From Nemertoderma westbladi (lineage: Eukaryota; Animalia; Xenacoelomorpha): 49,815 nucleotides of DNA. The stretch is from positions 1 to 49,815 of the forward strand of contig JAUCBJ010006377.1 in the NCBI GenBank assembly GCA_032718475.1, written 5' to 3'. Positions within the stretch are counted from its first letter, which is position 1, and each line of letters begins with the position of its first letter. The position numbers were made by a program, and so were the translations under genes. This document shows, one piece after another, positions 13,081 to 25,739 of the stretch. Below the pieces are notes generated by a model. The model ran no database searches, was not told the DNA's origin, and was given only the letters and a program-made list of their open reading frames with translations.

Positions 13081-13307
13081 CAACGAAATATAGGGTTTAA
13101 CATCGGCAAGGTACATTATATTAAATTCAAAACAAACGTTATCGCCCTACCGGGCTGCTATTTTAAAATTAGTACGTACGTTTTTAATTAAACCTGAGGG
13201 CGATAACGTTTGTTTGAAATTTAATATAATTAAATATTTTTTTTAATATTAATGATTTTAATTTAATATAATTTTCCGTGCTGGTGTTTAGACACTATAT
13301 TTCGTTG
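13081..13307. mobile_element. Fold-back (palindromic) MITE-like element in an intron
   Basis: CAACGAAATATAG..AAACAAACGTTATCGCCCT is inverted against AGGGCGATAACGTTTGTTT..CTATATTTCGTTG. Confidence 0.6.
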
Positions 13308-13463
13308 CTAGACATTGTTAGAACATCGTATGATTAACAATATTATCTTTATCTAATAACAAACAATATAGCATATTTATAAACTACAGTAGATAAATAC
13401 TTATATATATATATATACTTACATCCTATATATACACTATATCCATATACTGTATATACTTAC

Positions 13464-13826
13464 AAGTTATGCCAAGGATTGATGAAGCTTTGTTAATGGC
13501 ACATTCTTTGAGACGCTTGGAGCTGCTTTTCCATATTGCAGGATATTTTTGAGCGATATTAATGAACCTTTGCCAACGTTTATCCAGGGTTCTTGATCTT
13601 AAAGAACACGAAAGTGGTGGCACTGATTCTAGATTGACGACATTGGAGACAGAGTTTGGGGAAGTAGGAATGGGCGGTTTACCACGATGTATTACATGGG
13701 GTTCGAGGAATCTCATTGGATCCATATATGGCCAATCAGATTGGAATCCAGGCTCGAAACGTTCCTGCTTTAACTCTTTAACGAAAGATTTGCGCATCAT
13801 CTTCCACAGCCTGAAGAAGCATTTCT
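13464..13826 (-). CDS. Multi-MADF gene exon 4
   Basis: Acceptor TTATTTTAG, donor T|GTAAGT, 363 bp, phases 1-1; KCFFRLWKMMRKSF..SDWPYMDPMRFL ... FINIAQKYPAIWKSS..ASSILGIT. Confidence 0.8.
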
Positions 13827-14689
13827 CTAAAATAATAAATTACGTTTGTTTTGTTTGAATATATTAATTATTATATTAAGTCTGAGTAATAATTAACTTG
13901 AGGCACACATGATCAGTGATCATCCCTTTAAATACACAGTAGTAACTGTCAACAATTAACCAATAGAGCAACTGCTCAACTTCATTTTGCCATGGTACTT
14001 AATAGATCATAGAATTCTGTAAATTCAAACGAAGACAAACAATTAATAAAGAACTTGGTTGATATTAATAGGCCTAGTTGTTATGCTTCAATACATATTT
14101 TAATAAATAAATTTGCATAATAAAGACATCCTACTAATATATTAGCTCAAAAGTACTGCGACGACTACTACTACTCCAAAGTTGCAAAATTGGTAATAAT
14201 ATCTCCCTTTTATTTCTAATTCACAATGTTAATCAAAGGTCAAGCACATTATTATGATTGTTGAGTTGGAAATCAATTGCTAATTAAACCGTGCCGCCTT
14301 TGGGGGTATGATGTAGTAATATAGTTATCCTCTTTATATAAAAATCTCTGGTACGATAAGAAAATAAACCTTGGTCCGATCAAATTCATTTTTTGGTCCT
14401 TGGGAGAAAAAAATTATGTAATTTTTCTTTGCGAAGGGTTAGAGTTGTTTTCATCCAACCCCTAATAAACGGATTACATTTAATTTATTACAAGGATCAA
14501 ACACGTACTCTATGAATATAAGTCACTGCAAACAAATATTGTACTTTTCGGTTTCGGTGGCCTTTCTGCAGTACAGTTGATCGTTGGATCAACTAGAAAA
14601 CTAGAAAGCCATTGGCCGAAGGCCTCGGGTTCGGCGTCGGGCTTCCACACGCTCAAACATAAATGATCGTATGTTCTACTAAACCGTAC

Positions 14690-16813
14690 CTCCTATTCCA
14701 ATATGTCTCGCTGCATCAGCAATTGCCTTACGCCTTCGTATTTGATCAACAATATGGTTCCGTCGTTGACACCTGGTCCATATAGCAGGCCTTTCCTTCA
14801 CAGTTTCCAAAAAATGAAGCCAATTTCCTTGAATCTCCATTGGGCACCTTTCCACTTCGAACCACTTTGATGATGCCACCTCACCATCATTTATCCCCAC
14901 ATTTGGTTCACTACAATTGTTTGGCAAAGCGGTGCATGGATTATAGCTTACTGGAGGAGTCCTGTGAATATGGTATAAATCATCAACATCGCAGTCATCA
15001 CCAAAATCTCCGAAAGCTTTAAAAAATCCTGAAAGCCGCATTTTATTGTCATCAGAAGCGAATGAATCACTAAAAGCAGCATGATTGCTTTCAGATGAAA
15101 CTGGCTGTGATTGATGTTTGAGAGTGTCAATAGTTGCTACATAATTATTTGTAAGTTTGAGTAAATCTCTTGGTTTAACATCAGCAGAATCATTTAGTTC
15201 CTTCGTTATTTGATGAAGCTGGTAATCTTCTTCAATGTAGCATTCTCTATTATGGCAATCATGATTAGACATAGACGTGATACAATTTTCTGTATGGATG
15301 AGTAAATCTCTTGGTTTAATATCAGCATATCGATTAAGTATTTTCGTTATTTTATGTAGGTGGTAATCTTCTTCACAGTGGCATTCTTTGGGAACTATAC
15401 TTCTCATGGAAAAATTTGTAAATTCGCAAGTATTATTATCACATTGTATTGGACATTCAGTTTCTTCACAATGTAGCAAAATATCATCCAGAGATACCTG
15501 TTGTGAATCAGTCCTCTTGTACTTAGAGTCATAATTTGTATCTGATCCCTGAACTTCATTTTCATTCAGTTTTGATAGTTGAACATTGAGGTGTTGAAGT
15601 TCCATTAGTTGACGACTAATTGCCTTGGATTGTGTTTTCATTCTTAGGTGATTATTATTAGTTTCTGTTTGTTGCTGTTTATTTATTGTTGTATTCCTTA
15701 CCGGTACCATTGTATGTTGGTCTATCATAGTAATTTGTGGCAATGGTATACTGTTGTCAATGGTTGGTTGTACTTGTGGAAATTGTATAGTGTTGTTAAT
15801 GGTTGGTTGTACTTGTTGCGATGGTATAGTGTTGTTAATGGTTGGTTGTGTTTGTGGCAATGGCATGTTGTTAATGGTGGGTTGTATTTGTGGCAATGGT
15901 ATACTGTTGTCAAGGGTTAGTTGTACTTGTTGCGATGGTATAGTGTTGTTAATGGTTGGTTGTACTTGTGGAAATGGTATAGTATTGTTAATGGTTGGTT
16001 GTGTTTGTGGCAATGGTATGTTGTTAATGGTGGGTTGTACTTGTGGCAATGGTATACTGTTGCCAATGGTTGGTTGTACTTGTGGAAATGGTATACTGTT
16101 GTCAATGGTTGGTTGTACTTGTGGAAATGGTATAGTGTTGTTAATGGTTGGTTGTACTTGTGGAAATGGTATAGTGTTGTTAATGGTTGGTTGTATTAGT
16201 GGCAATGGTATAATGATTGGTTGCAGTTGTGGCAATGGTATATCGTTGTTACTAGCTGGTTGAATTTGCAAGAACGGGATGTGGTTGTTACTAGCTGGTT
16301 GTATTGGCAACAATGGTATATTGCTGTATCTGATTGGTTTTGTTTGTAACAATTTGATATTAGTGTTAGTGATTGGTTGCTTTTCTATCAATGGGATAAT
16401 GTTGTTATTGATTCGTTGTGTCTTAGGCAGCTTTTCTATCAATGGGATAATGTTGTTATTGATTGGTTGTGTCTTAGGCAATGTGATAATGTTGTTACTG
16501 ATTGGTTGCCTCTGTGGAATTTCCATCAATGGGATAATGCTGTTACTCATTGGTTTCATCTGTGGCAATGTGGTAATGTTGTTACTGACTGGTTGGACTG
16601 GAATACTCGATTGAGTCAAAGGCATGTAGTGATTACTTGGTAATTGAGTTGTCAAACGATTGTTGCCAGGTGGATATATATCGGGATCCAAGGGAATATG
16701 CATCATCTCTAACATTAGGGCCCAAGTGGAAGATTGATTGGTTTCATTCATTTTATTTAACTCCATGCGATAGCGCTGTTGTAAAGCAGTCCACACATCT
16801 GTAAATTGTTTTC
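14690..16813 (-). CDS. Multi-MADF gene exon 3 (long Q/P/I/N-rich repetitive linker)
   Basis: Acceptor GTCTTTCAG, donor G|GTACGG, 2124 bp, phases 1-1; KQFTDVWTALQQRYRMEL ... FLETVKERPAIW..AARHIGIG; contains 36-39-bp coding repeats (QVQPTINNTIPFP). Confidence 0.8.
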
Positions 16814-16879
16814 CTGAAAGACAAAATAACCATTTTTAACAATCAAGCAAAATGTGAATTAAATAACCTCAGTGGAAGC

Positions 16880-18400
16880 AAGAAGACTATATCGCACCTA
16901 TGGGGACAATGATAAATGTAGACATATCAGTGTAAACCTTTACAACCACATGCAGTACAATGGCTGCAATGCAATCCGGGTCCATATACAGGGTCATCTC
17001 AAAGGCTGGCTTTAGCACTCACAGATTACACAGTCTAAGATAAACCAAATTAAGCCACTTGGCACTTTCGCCTAGGTCAGATTCGCCATGTCCCACCACT
17101 CTGATCCAACCGAAGGAATATATTGGGCTAACTGGGATAATCCTTGACCACTTGAGGTCACATCAGCTGATCTATTTGTCCGAGATAGAAAACAGCTTAT
17201 ATATTGGCTGGAAGTCCACCAGTTTTCTTCATTTCCCAGTCCTGACAACACCAAAAGATCTAACCAATGTATTTATGCAGTTTGGTATACCCACCCATAC
17301 ATGGCAAATTTTGTTGAATAGTGGAATACTGTTCATCACAGCTAATTTCACCAATGTCTCTTAAATCCAAGGGATGCCACATCACACCAGTGATATCAAT
17401 CATCACCATAATAGCCCCAAAGTAACAGCCGCATCTAGGTTAACTCACATAGCCAGGTGTACAACCTCAAACCTCCTTAACAGCGCCCTTTCTACTTTGT
17501 TCAGTACAAGTTGTGCATCAGCAAGCGTATTAGAAAGCAAGTGTCTTGTAACTGAATGAACGAGATCTGATGCATTTATATTTTTTGGAGTGGGAACCCA
17601 AGATTTTCAGCTGTTGTGGCCTCATGGTGTAATCCAATAAAATTATTAATTTGACTTCTATGGGCTTTTATAGACTTTATAATTCCAGGAACAGCTCCTT
17701 TAGCTGAGTAATGCCACACCCGCAAATGGAATATCACCAGCTTGAAATGTGTTTGGAAACCTCACCTGCACACTAGTGTCAAGTGTGACCACATCATTGT
17801 GCTTTCTCATACTCCATACTATCAATGAAGCACCTCCCAAGCTGTACAAGGTGGAGCCCTATGTAAAACAATGGCAATTGCATTGGCACAATGCAAACAT
17901 GGTGCCTCCTTCCATCCCTCATTAAGTGAGTACACCAACCAACATTCCACCACAAGTCAAGGTGATGAAAACCCTGGGCAACCAGAAATATTATGCTAGA
18001 CATCGCCTGAACATACATATGGCCTAATCTCACTAATGTCATCACCCTCATGTCATGTGACCTAACAGACCCACCATACCAAATATGCTCACATCCTGCC
18101 AGCTGGAAAGGGGGTATGGTGATAGCTCAAGCTCATCCCATATTAAACCATATGACTGACGGGCAGCAGGACTACTAATTAGATATTGTACCATCTGATT
18201 CTTTTGCACTTTTGTGAAAATGTTTATTGTCTGGAAGTGCAACAGAACTGTAAGCCATCATCATTAGTGAACAGAGAAGTCTAGATATTCTTCAGCTTCT
18301 GACAATTAGGCGTTCCACCACACACACCATGCCACACAAAAGCACGAGATTTGGAAAATGGTCTAGTAAAATTATAAGCATTCACTGATGGCTTACAGAT
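16880..18400 (-). mobile_element. Possible highly decayed retroelement remnant in an intron
   Basis: Higher GC than the flanks with broken frames. One minus frame near 17830-17910 gives PCLHCANAIAIVLHRAPPC, a CCHC-like motif as found in LINE ORF2 C-termini. Nothing else is recognisable. Confidence 0.3.
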
Positions 18401-18505
18401 TTAATTCAAGCAAATGCAGTGCAAGTACAGTAATATCAAAGTAAACATACCCCATAGCATGACCTACTATATTTTAAGAGTTAAATAAACCATTAATTTA
18501 CTTAC

Positions 18506-19432
18506 CAGTCATTCCAAGAGCCGATGCCGCAGCTCTTACTGCCGCTTTCCTGCGTTTATTATAATGGGATAATTGCCATAGAGCAGGGTAGCGTTTAACA
18601 ACTGGGAAATAAGAGTTAATTAAATACAAATTTGAGGAAATTTCTACATCATTACAGGTTGTAAGTCCATTAGAAATCGCACTTATCAAATTCAATTGAT
18701 TGCTGTAACTGTTCATCCATGGCATATGTGATTCATTGGCAACCGCCTGGTGTACAGTACTGGTTCCCTTAGTACCGGATTGTGAAGAACAAGTTGATTC
18801 AATTTCAAACTGTTTCTGAGATGAAATGTCAGCTCTGAGTTGGTTGCTATTAGAATAGCTAAGGTCCCCAGTACTGCCTTCATCATGGAATATATATTGA
18901 GATAAATTCAAACTGCCATAAGGGTCAACTTCATTACCATTGGTTGAACTGCAAGTGCGGGGGTTGGTTGGTTCCTCCGTATGTATCTCATAATTCGCAT
19001 TTTTGGGGACAATGCTTTCAATATAACAATCATTCTCTTCAAATTGTCCATTTTTGGGGACAATACTTTCAATATAACAATCATTATCTTCAAATTCAGT
19101 ACTTGGTTCAACAACAAATGCATCACCTATTTCATTAGCTTCAATTATTTCAACATCATTAGTGGTTTCATGTAGGTCTCCATTATTGCAAACTGAATAT
19201 GGGTTTAAATAATTGGATGTAGTAGATCCACCTAAATCATTTGTGGATGAAGATTTTCGTATTTGAGAGCTTTTAGTTATGATGTAAGGATCCAAGAATT
19301 TCATGCGGATATTTTTTGGATTATGTAGATATTGTTGGACATCATCTTCTGTTGCTTTACTTCTGCGAAGGATATGGAGTACACGGGTATACCTTTTTCG
19401 TAGTCTTTTCCACCTTAATTTAATGTCGCTAC
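18506..19432 (-). CDS. Multi-MADF gene exon 2
   Basis: Acceptor TTTTTTAG, donor G|GTAAGT, 927 bp, phases 1-1; SDIKLRWKRLRKRYTR..MKFLDPYI ... FPVVKRYPALWQLS..AASALGMT. Confidence 0.8.
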
Positions 19433-20094
19433 CTAAAAAAGGAAAACAAGGTTACCTTTTAAAATTAATCGAAGACAGTCATTGATCCTCTGAGGGAAAA
19501 GCATCAGCTATTTTCTAAACCGTAATGAAATGAGATACATAATTTACCTTAAAGTAGCCTTACTAAGATTTCAATGTTTGAAAATATAAAATATGTCTTA
19601 AAACAGACACTATCCAGGTATTCTTGGATCCAGAGGTTCCAGAACCTTTACGAAATTTATTTTTCTAAATTGTATACCAAATTGTAATTGCTTTATTAAT
19701 CTTGTTCTGGTTCCTTGTATATCAGCAAAATATCAGTAAATGTAAAACTAGATAGTAATAAAACACTAGCTACCATAACAGAATATCAGTAAGGTTCTAG
19801 AACATTCACCAATATAAAAAAAACACTCAAAAACAATATTACTTTTTTTTTCATAAAATACTACCTACTGTAGTAAAGAAACACCAGGTACCATAAAAAA
19901 AATAGCTATACTAAGATTGTAAAACATTCACTGATATCAAAAAATCATTCATTAGGCACTACTTGGCAAGGAACTAGGACTAGAAGATTCATCTAGAACA
20001 TTCACTAATATAAAAAAAAAACTCTCAAATACACAAAAAAATATCAATTTTCAAAAATGTTCATACAAGCTATACTAGTGCCAAAATTAGAAAT

Positions 20095-20560
20095 TTTTTT
20101 TTTTTCACTATCTAATAGAATGTACTAGCTAAAACAAAATCAAAATGACTAGCTACCTACCATCTTACTGTCAGAAGATCATTTGCTCTTCTTAGTCAAA
20201 TGTTTATAATGTGCCCGGGGCATAGTAAGGCATTACTATACCTTGGGTGGGTACCCATAGTTTGACCAATTTTTTTTAATGAAAAAGGCTTTTATCATGA
20301 GGGTTTTTTTCTAGAAGAAATATTTCACCTTCTGACAGTAGGATGGTAGCTAGTGATTATGATTTGTGTTATCTAGTACTATTTTTTAGCTAGTGAAAAA
20401 AAAATTGAATTTTTTTGGATAATTTTATCTTATGAAAATGGCTATTATCATGAGTTATTTTGTTCTGGAACAATTATTTTACCGTCTGCCAGTAAGATGG
20501 TAGCTAGTAAATTTGATTTTGTGTTAGCTAGTACTTTTTATAAGATATTAAAAAAAAATA
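20095..20560. repeat. Inverted/fold-back repeat, MITE-like
   Basis: ACTAGCTACC..CCATCTTACTGTCAGAAG (about 20148-20177) is inverted against CTTCTGACAGTAGGATGGTAGCTAGT (about 20329-20354), with a further copy at about 20483-20508. Confidence 0.55.
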
Positions 20561-21097
20561 AAAAGCATGCAGACAATTAAGATTCAATAGTCTATTGTAT
20601 TAATTGGTAGCTAATTAATTATTTTTGTAAAAAAATTATTATTATAATAATAATAATTTAAAAATTATTTTTAAAAAAATGAATAGGCAATATATTCTAG
20701 AACATTTAAAAAAAGTAACAAAAACTAGCCACCATAAAAAATTTCGCGGGGTGTGTGCCCAAAACACAGTACTGCAACACTTTAGATTCTATAATTTTAC
20801 TGATTTTACTATAATATATTTAATATTTATTTTTTATATAATTTTTACTAGCTTTATTATATAATGTTATTTATATACATATTATATGTACATTATATAT
20901 ATATCATCAGTAAAACTAGAGCTCTTTGGTAATACTGTGTTTGGTATTTCCTACACAATTTTACTCAGCCAACCTGATTTTCATATACATTTTTTTTATT
21001 TCCGGTATTGTTCTACAGTAAAAACCAACATAAGATGACGCAAGTCAAGATTGTAACTTATTTAGCTACTCGAGATCAATAAAATTATTATTAAATA

Positions 21098-22237
21098 ATG
21101 GCATTGTTATCAGTGTCCGTATTCTGTCGACATGGTGCAAGGACACCAATAAACTATTTTGAATGCATTGGCGAAAAACAAATTCCCTGGGACTTTCATT
21201 CATTATTTACAAACTGTGACTATTACACATCACAATGTCATGTGGTGGAAATAGACCCAAGGGAGTACAAGAGCACAGCAATGAGAGAAAACAAAGTGGT
21301 ACTTGACTGTATTTCTGTGGCAGCGCCTTATGACATTGTCAATGAATCTAAGCCTTTACCATGTGGAGCCTACTGCGGTCAGCTCACACGTATAGGGCAC
21401 AAGATGGCCTACAAACTCGGAAAGCGTTTACGAGCGGATTACACTGTTGACATGGGTAAAGCATTGCGACCCCAACGAATGTATGTGCGATCAACACACT
21501 ATGCGAGAAATATTTCATCAGCTTCCTGCATTGTAGCAGGTTTATTAGGATGCGACACCTCAATCCCGATTTATGTTGCATCACCAAATTTTGATGGATT
21601 CCATAACAATAATAATTCCTATGTATCCTCATTTCCATCATTTCATTCCGCGAAACACAAGAAGGAATACGAAAGTGATTATGCTCGGATTGTCCCACAA
21701 TTGTTTTGCCGGGAAGCATTAAAAGACAACGAAGACATTTTCTCCCAGCTCAGAGATCTTATGTCATGTAGGATGATACATAATCTCCCTATTCCTACGA
21801 TATTACGTGACAACCAATCAGTCGTTGAGAGATGGGCCTTACACTCTTATCTCGCAGATGAATCAATGGGAACTAAATACCGAGATTACTTACGGTATAG
21901 TGCTGGGCGTATATTGCATGAACTTATGTTCAACTTAACCAATCAAGAAGATACAAGTGTATATAATTTTTACATTTACGTTACCCATGACACAACACTT
22001 ATACCAATGATGCAGGCCATAGGTATTCCTTGCAATCAGTGGCCAAGGTATTGTGAAAGTATTATCGTAGAATTATATGAGAATACAGATGGTAAAAGAT
22101 TTGTTCTCATTCGTCATAATATGTCATATATTTGCCTAAAAGGTCAATCGAAAACAGAAATTCCACTTAAAACATTTGTTGACATTTTAAAAAGATACAA
22201 AGCATCCCATTCAGATTGGATAGAATTGAAAACTTAA
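21098..22237 (+). CDS. Histidine acid phosphatase (branch 2), ACP6/lysophosphatidic acid phosphatase-like; intronless CDS
   Basis: 379-aa ORF with RHGARTP, GQLTRIG..LGKRLR..Y, YVRST..RNISSA, THDTTL and WPRY motifs. Confidence 0.9.
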   Translation: MALLSVSVFCRHGARTPINYFECIGEKQIPWDFHSLFTNCDYYTSQCHVVEIDPREYKSTAMRENKVVLDCISVAAPYDIVNESKPLPCGAYCGQLTRIGHKMAYKLGKRLRADYTVDMGKALRPQRMYVRSTHYARNISSASCIVAGLLGCDTSIPIYVASPNFDGFHNNNNSYVSSFPSFHSAKHKKEYESDYARIVPQLFCREALKDNEDIFSQLRDLMSCRMIHNLPIPTILRDNQSVVERWALHSYLADESMGTKYRDYLRYSAGRILHELMFNLTNQEDTSVYNFYIYVTHDTTLIPMMQAIGIPCNQWPRYCESIIVELYENTDGKRFVLIRHNMSYICLKGQSKTEIPLKTFVDILKRYKASHSDWIELKT

Positions 22238-22567
22238 CTCTTTACTATGATAATCACTAGATAATTGATAATTGTATTTTAAATATATTAATTGATTATG
22301 AGCTGAACCAAGAACTACAAAGTACCAAAAAGTCCAATTGCAAAATTGTTAAGAAATAATACATACAGTGTATTTTTCCCATCTACCGTTCTTTTCTTTT
22401 ATACTTTTATTTTCTTTTATACTTTTAGAGGGATTTTTCCCTCTACAGTTCTAGTAAATAACTTTATTGAATCCAAATGTTGGGATGACAACCACTCAAG
22501 CACCTCTAGCTCTAACAGCCAACAGATTCATAAACAAATGTAATCAATTTTATCTGAATGATGAACA

Positions 22568-23333
22568 TTTTGGGTGAGCTAGTGTGGGGCGAGCGTCGAG
22601 CGACGAAAGTAAGCGAGCTTAGCATACAGGTACCACTAACTCAATCGGTGTGTCTGTTTCTCTGTTGCTCTGTTGTGTCCAATTTTAAACGTTAATAACT
22701 CGGCCAAATCTCGAGAAAATATATCCAAACTTGGTACATATGTAGTAATATAAGTTTAGAAATTTTCCAAGTTATATTTGCGCGTTGTCTTCGTGCAGCA
22801 TCTGTGTAACTGTCTTGCAGTTATAATAAATTTATCTATCGAAAAATTATTAGGGTTGGCATCTGCTGGTTGCTAGGAGACTGCAGGATATATCAGGTGG
22901 GTTTGAAATTCAGCAATACCGCTACAATGCAGCAATAATGTGGCCTTGGGAAGTGTGGTAGGCCTATTTCACTTTCAGCCATCATTTCCAGATTGCAGAG
23001 TCCAATACTGCAATACCCAGCAACGTTTTGGAATTGTACCAGTACTCAAACTCGCTATCAAGGCCACCGCCTCTGTCTGTCACAGTGTCGTTGGCGACCT
23101 CGACTTTTGGTATCGCTACTGCTATAGCGCTATGGGCAAACTGGACTAACCAATGCGCGAGACCCGAGGACTGAAGAATGCATTGAATTTTTTGAGTAGT
23201 TGGACTGTGGACTTCTACGACATCGATGCCAAGCTGCCATGCCAATGCGAAAGTATTTTTTAAAGTAAAAGTTTGGTTAAATTTCTTAATAATTTATTTA
23301 AATTTCTTATGTGTACCGATTTTGGGATAGAAT
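22568..23333 (+). mobile_element. Interspersed repeat, Helentron/HINE-like, copy A
   Basis: Highly similar to the reverse complement of 36087-37349. Starts in a T-run, then GAGC..ACGAAAGTAAGCGAGC and a TCTGT-rich stretch, as in DINE-1/HINE-type elements. The family assignment is tentative. Confidence 0.65.
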
Positions 23334-24721
23334 TGCTCAATTTTAATCTGTATCTAATAACTGACCCTCGTCCTGCGCGATGGCCCCATGAACCAAGTGT
23401 GTTGTTATAGTGCATTGTTTTGTATTTATTTGTTAAGAAAGAAAAACGTCATCGTCTGTGAAATTCAAAGCTTGAGATCGAGTCATGTTGTGTAAAGCAG
23501 TAAGCAGATATGTAAGATATGAAATTGCATTGCTAAATATCACGCAGTCTGACAGCAATGCATGATGCTGATAATGATAATGTACTGATAAGGAAACCGT
23601 ATCACCACACCACAGTAATAGAGTATGTAAGCCTAAACCTAGCCTAAGTTGCAGTCCAACAGTCCCCCATTGAGGCCAAGTCCCCAATATGGGACGAGCT
23701 ACTGTATTACCACACCCACCCTTTCATGCTCGGATTAGCCATCTAAGGCAGTGTTGCGCAGACAATGGTTCTATCCTAAAGTCTGTCCGGTGGCTGGTGT
23801 GTGCGCCTTGTAACCTTGAAACATGTATACCAGTACTTTGAAACTTGAAGGTTTTCAGCTGGCATTGAAAAATAAAAAAGGTTAGAAATAAAATAAGAAA
23901 GCTTATTGAAAAAAAAAATAAATATCAAATATTCTGAGACATTTATTCCCTTTACTCACTTAGCAAATCTCAAGAACAGAATCCCTCATCATCTTTAATT
24001 GCAAATGCTCAAAATTTAAACTTTTCACCTTGACAACAACAATATAAAAATTCCAGAAAGACATTTTATTACATTTCTATGAACCCTAGTCAACAATCAT
24101 CATATCCACCGAACAAAAGTAGCATATAAGATGTTTCTAAGGAAATATTATGAAAATAGTGCCATAAATAGGGAAAAGATCGGCCTCCACTAATTTCAGC
24201 AATCTGCTCTATGCATGACATGTTATTTAGTATACCTTGTACGAACTATATTTTGTAACTACAAATAACAAGAATAGCAAGGATCGAATCGAATTCATCA
24301 CACTGGATGCTAAAATGAGCGACACAGTAAACTCAACAAGGAACTGTAGCTATCGTAGCAGATGAGAGATGATTCAACACAGGAAATGAAGAGGCTTTGT
24401 GCCTGTCGATAGAAAAAGACTGCGGCTCCAGTCATTCTCTGGATATCTAATCCCACTGAGTAAACCACAAACTATGCCATAACCCTTAACCAGACTGGCC
24501 ATGAAGATAAGAGATGACTAGGAGATGATCCTAAGGAACTTAAACCATGAGATCTAGACGAGATGTTTCGGAATTCAACAACCCTTACAACAAGGAAAGC
24601 TAAGCAATTCTCTCAGTTGTATAAGCTATAATTTATATGAACTGGATCAATTAGGTGAAACTAGTAGCTAGCCAAACTAAAGTGACCATATTTTTGGGAA
24701 AGTCGTGGGAGTGGACTCTAA

Positions 24722-25347
24722 AATTTACAGTATTGGCCTACTGTCACACAGTCCTTTAAAGGTAGAATCCAAGGGATTGAATCCTAAGGATTCTATCAGT
24801 CAAATGAGTGAGGGAGGTGTTATGAGTATAAAATCCATACCATCCTTGGTTATAACTCGGAGAAATAGGTCCATAGAGATGAGAGAGAGAGAGAGAGTTA
24901 TAAATGACAAGAGTGAAAGTTCACAAAGAAATAGAGAAAGATAAAGATGAGAAACAAGAGAAACTGAAGCATAAGAGAGCAGAGTTGGGTGTAAGTAATT
25001 TTATACGGTAGTAAGAAAAAGAGGATAAGATAGAATTTACAGTATTGGCCTACTGTCACACAGTCCTTTAAAGGTAGAATCCAAGGGATTGAATCCTAAG
25101 GATTCTATCAGTCAAGTGAGTGAGGGAAGTGTTATGAGTATAAAATCCATACCATCCTTGGTTATAACTCGGAGAAATAGGTCCATAGAGATGAGAGAGA
25201 GACAGAGTTATAAATGACAAGAGTGAAAGTTCACAAAGAAATAGAGAAAGATAAAGATGAGAAACAAGAGAAACTGAAGCATAAGAGAACAGAGTTGGGT
25301 GTAAGTAATTTTATATGGGAGTAAGAAAAAGAGGATAAGATAGAATT
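24722..25347. repeat. Direct tandem duplication, 2 x 312 bp, purine-rich
   Basis: AATTTACAGTATTGGCCTACTGTC begins at 24722 and 25034; the copies are near-identical. Confidence 0.9.
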
Positions 25348-25739
25348 CAAAAGAAAGTGAGAGAGAGGAGCATTACCAGAGGAGAGAGAAACAGGAGCAG
25401 AAATGACGCGAGCAGGGAGAGCATGAGTGCAAACAGAGTGAGCATGAGCAGGAGCAGCATGAGTATAAGTACGAAGAGTATAAGTGATGTATGCGCGAAC
25501 AGAGTAGGCAGCATGAGCATGAAGAATAAAGTGAACAAGAGTGACTAAATATAGAGTACAAATTAAAACTGAGAAAATAAAGAGAATGAGGAGATGGAAT
25601 TAAGAGAGAATACAAAATTAATACAAGAGAAATTGAATAAAGTGAATGAGAAAAAGTATGTTACACAGGAAGAGATACTGAGAGAAGAGATAATTATTAG
25701 TATTAGAGGAACAGCAGTATGTGCTAAATAATATTGGAG

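Noticed and set aside
15648-16643. Cys/Trp-rich + strand ORFs
   Set aside because: They are antisense to the repetitive linker of MADF exon 3.
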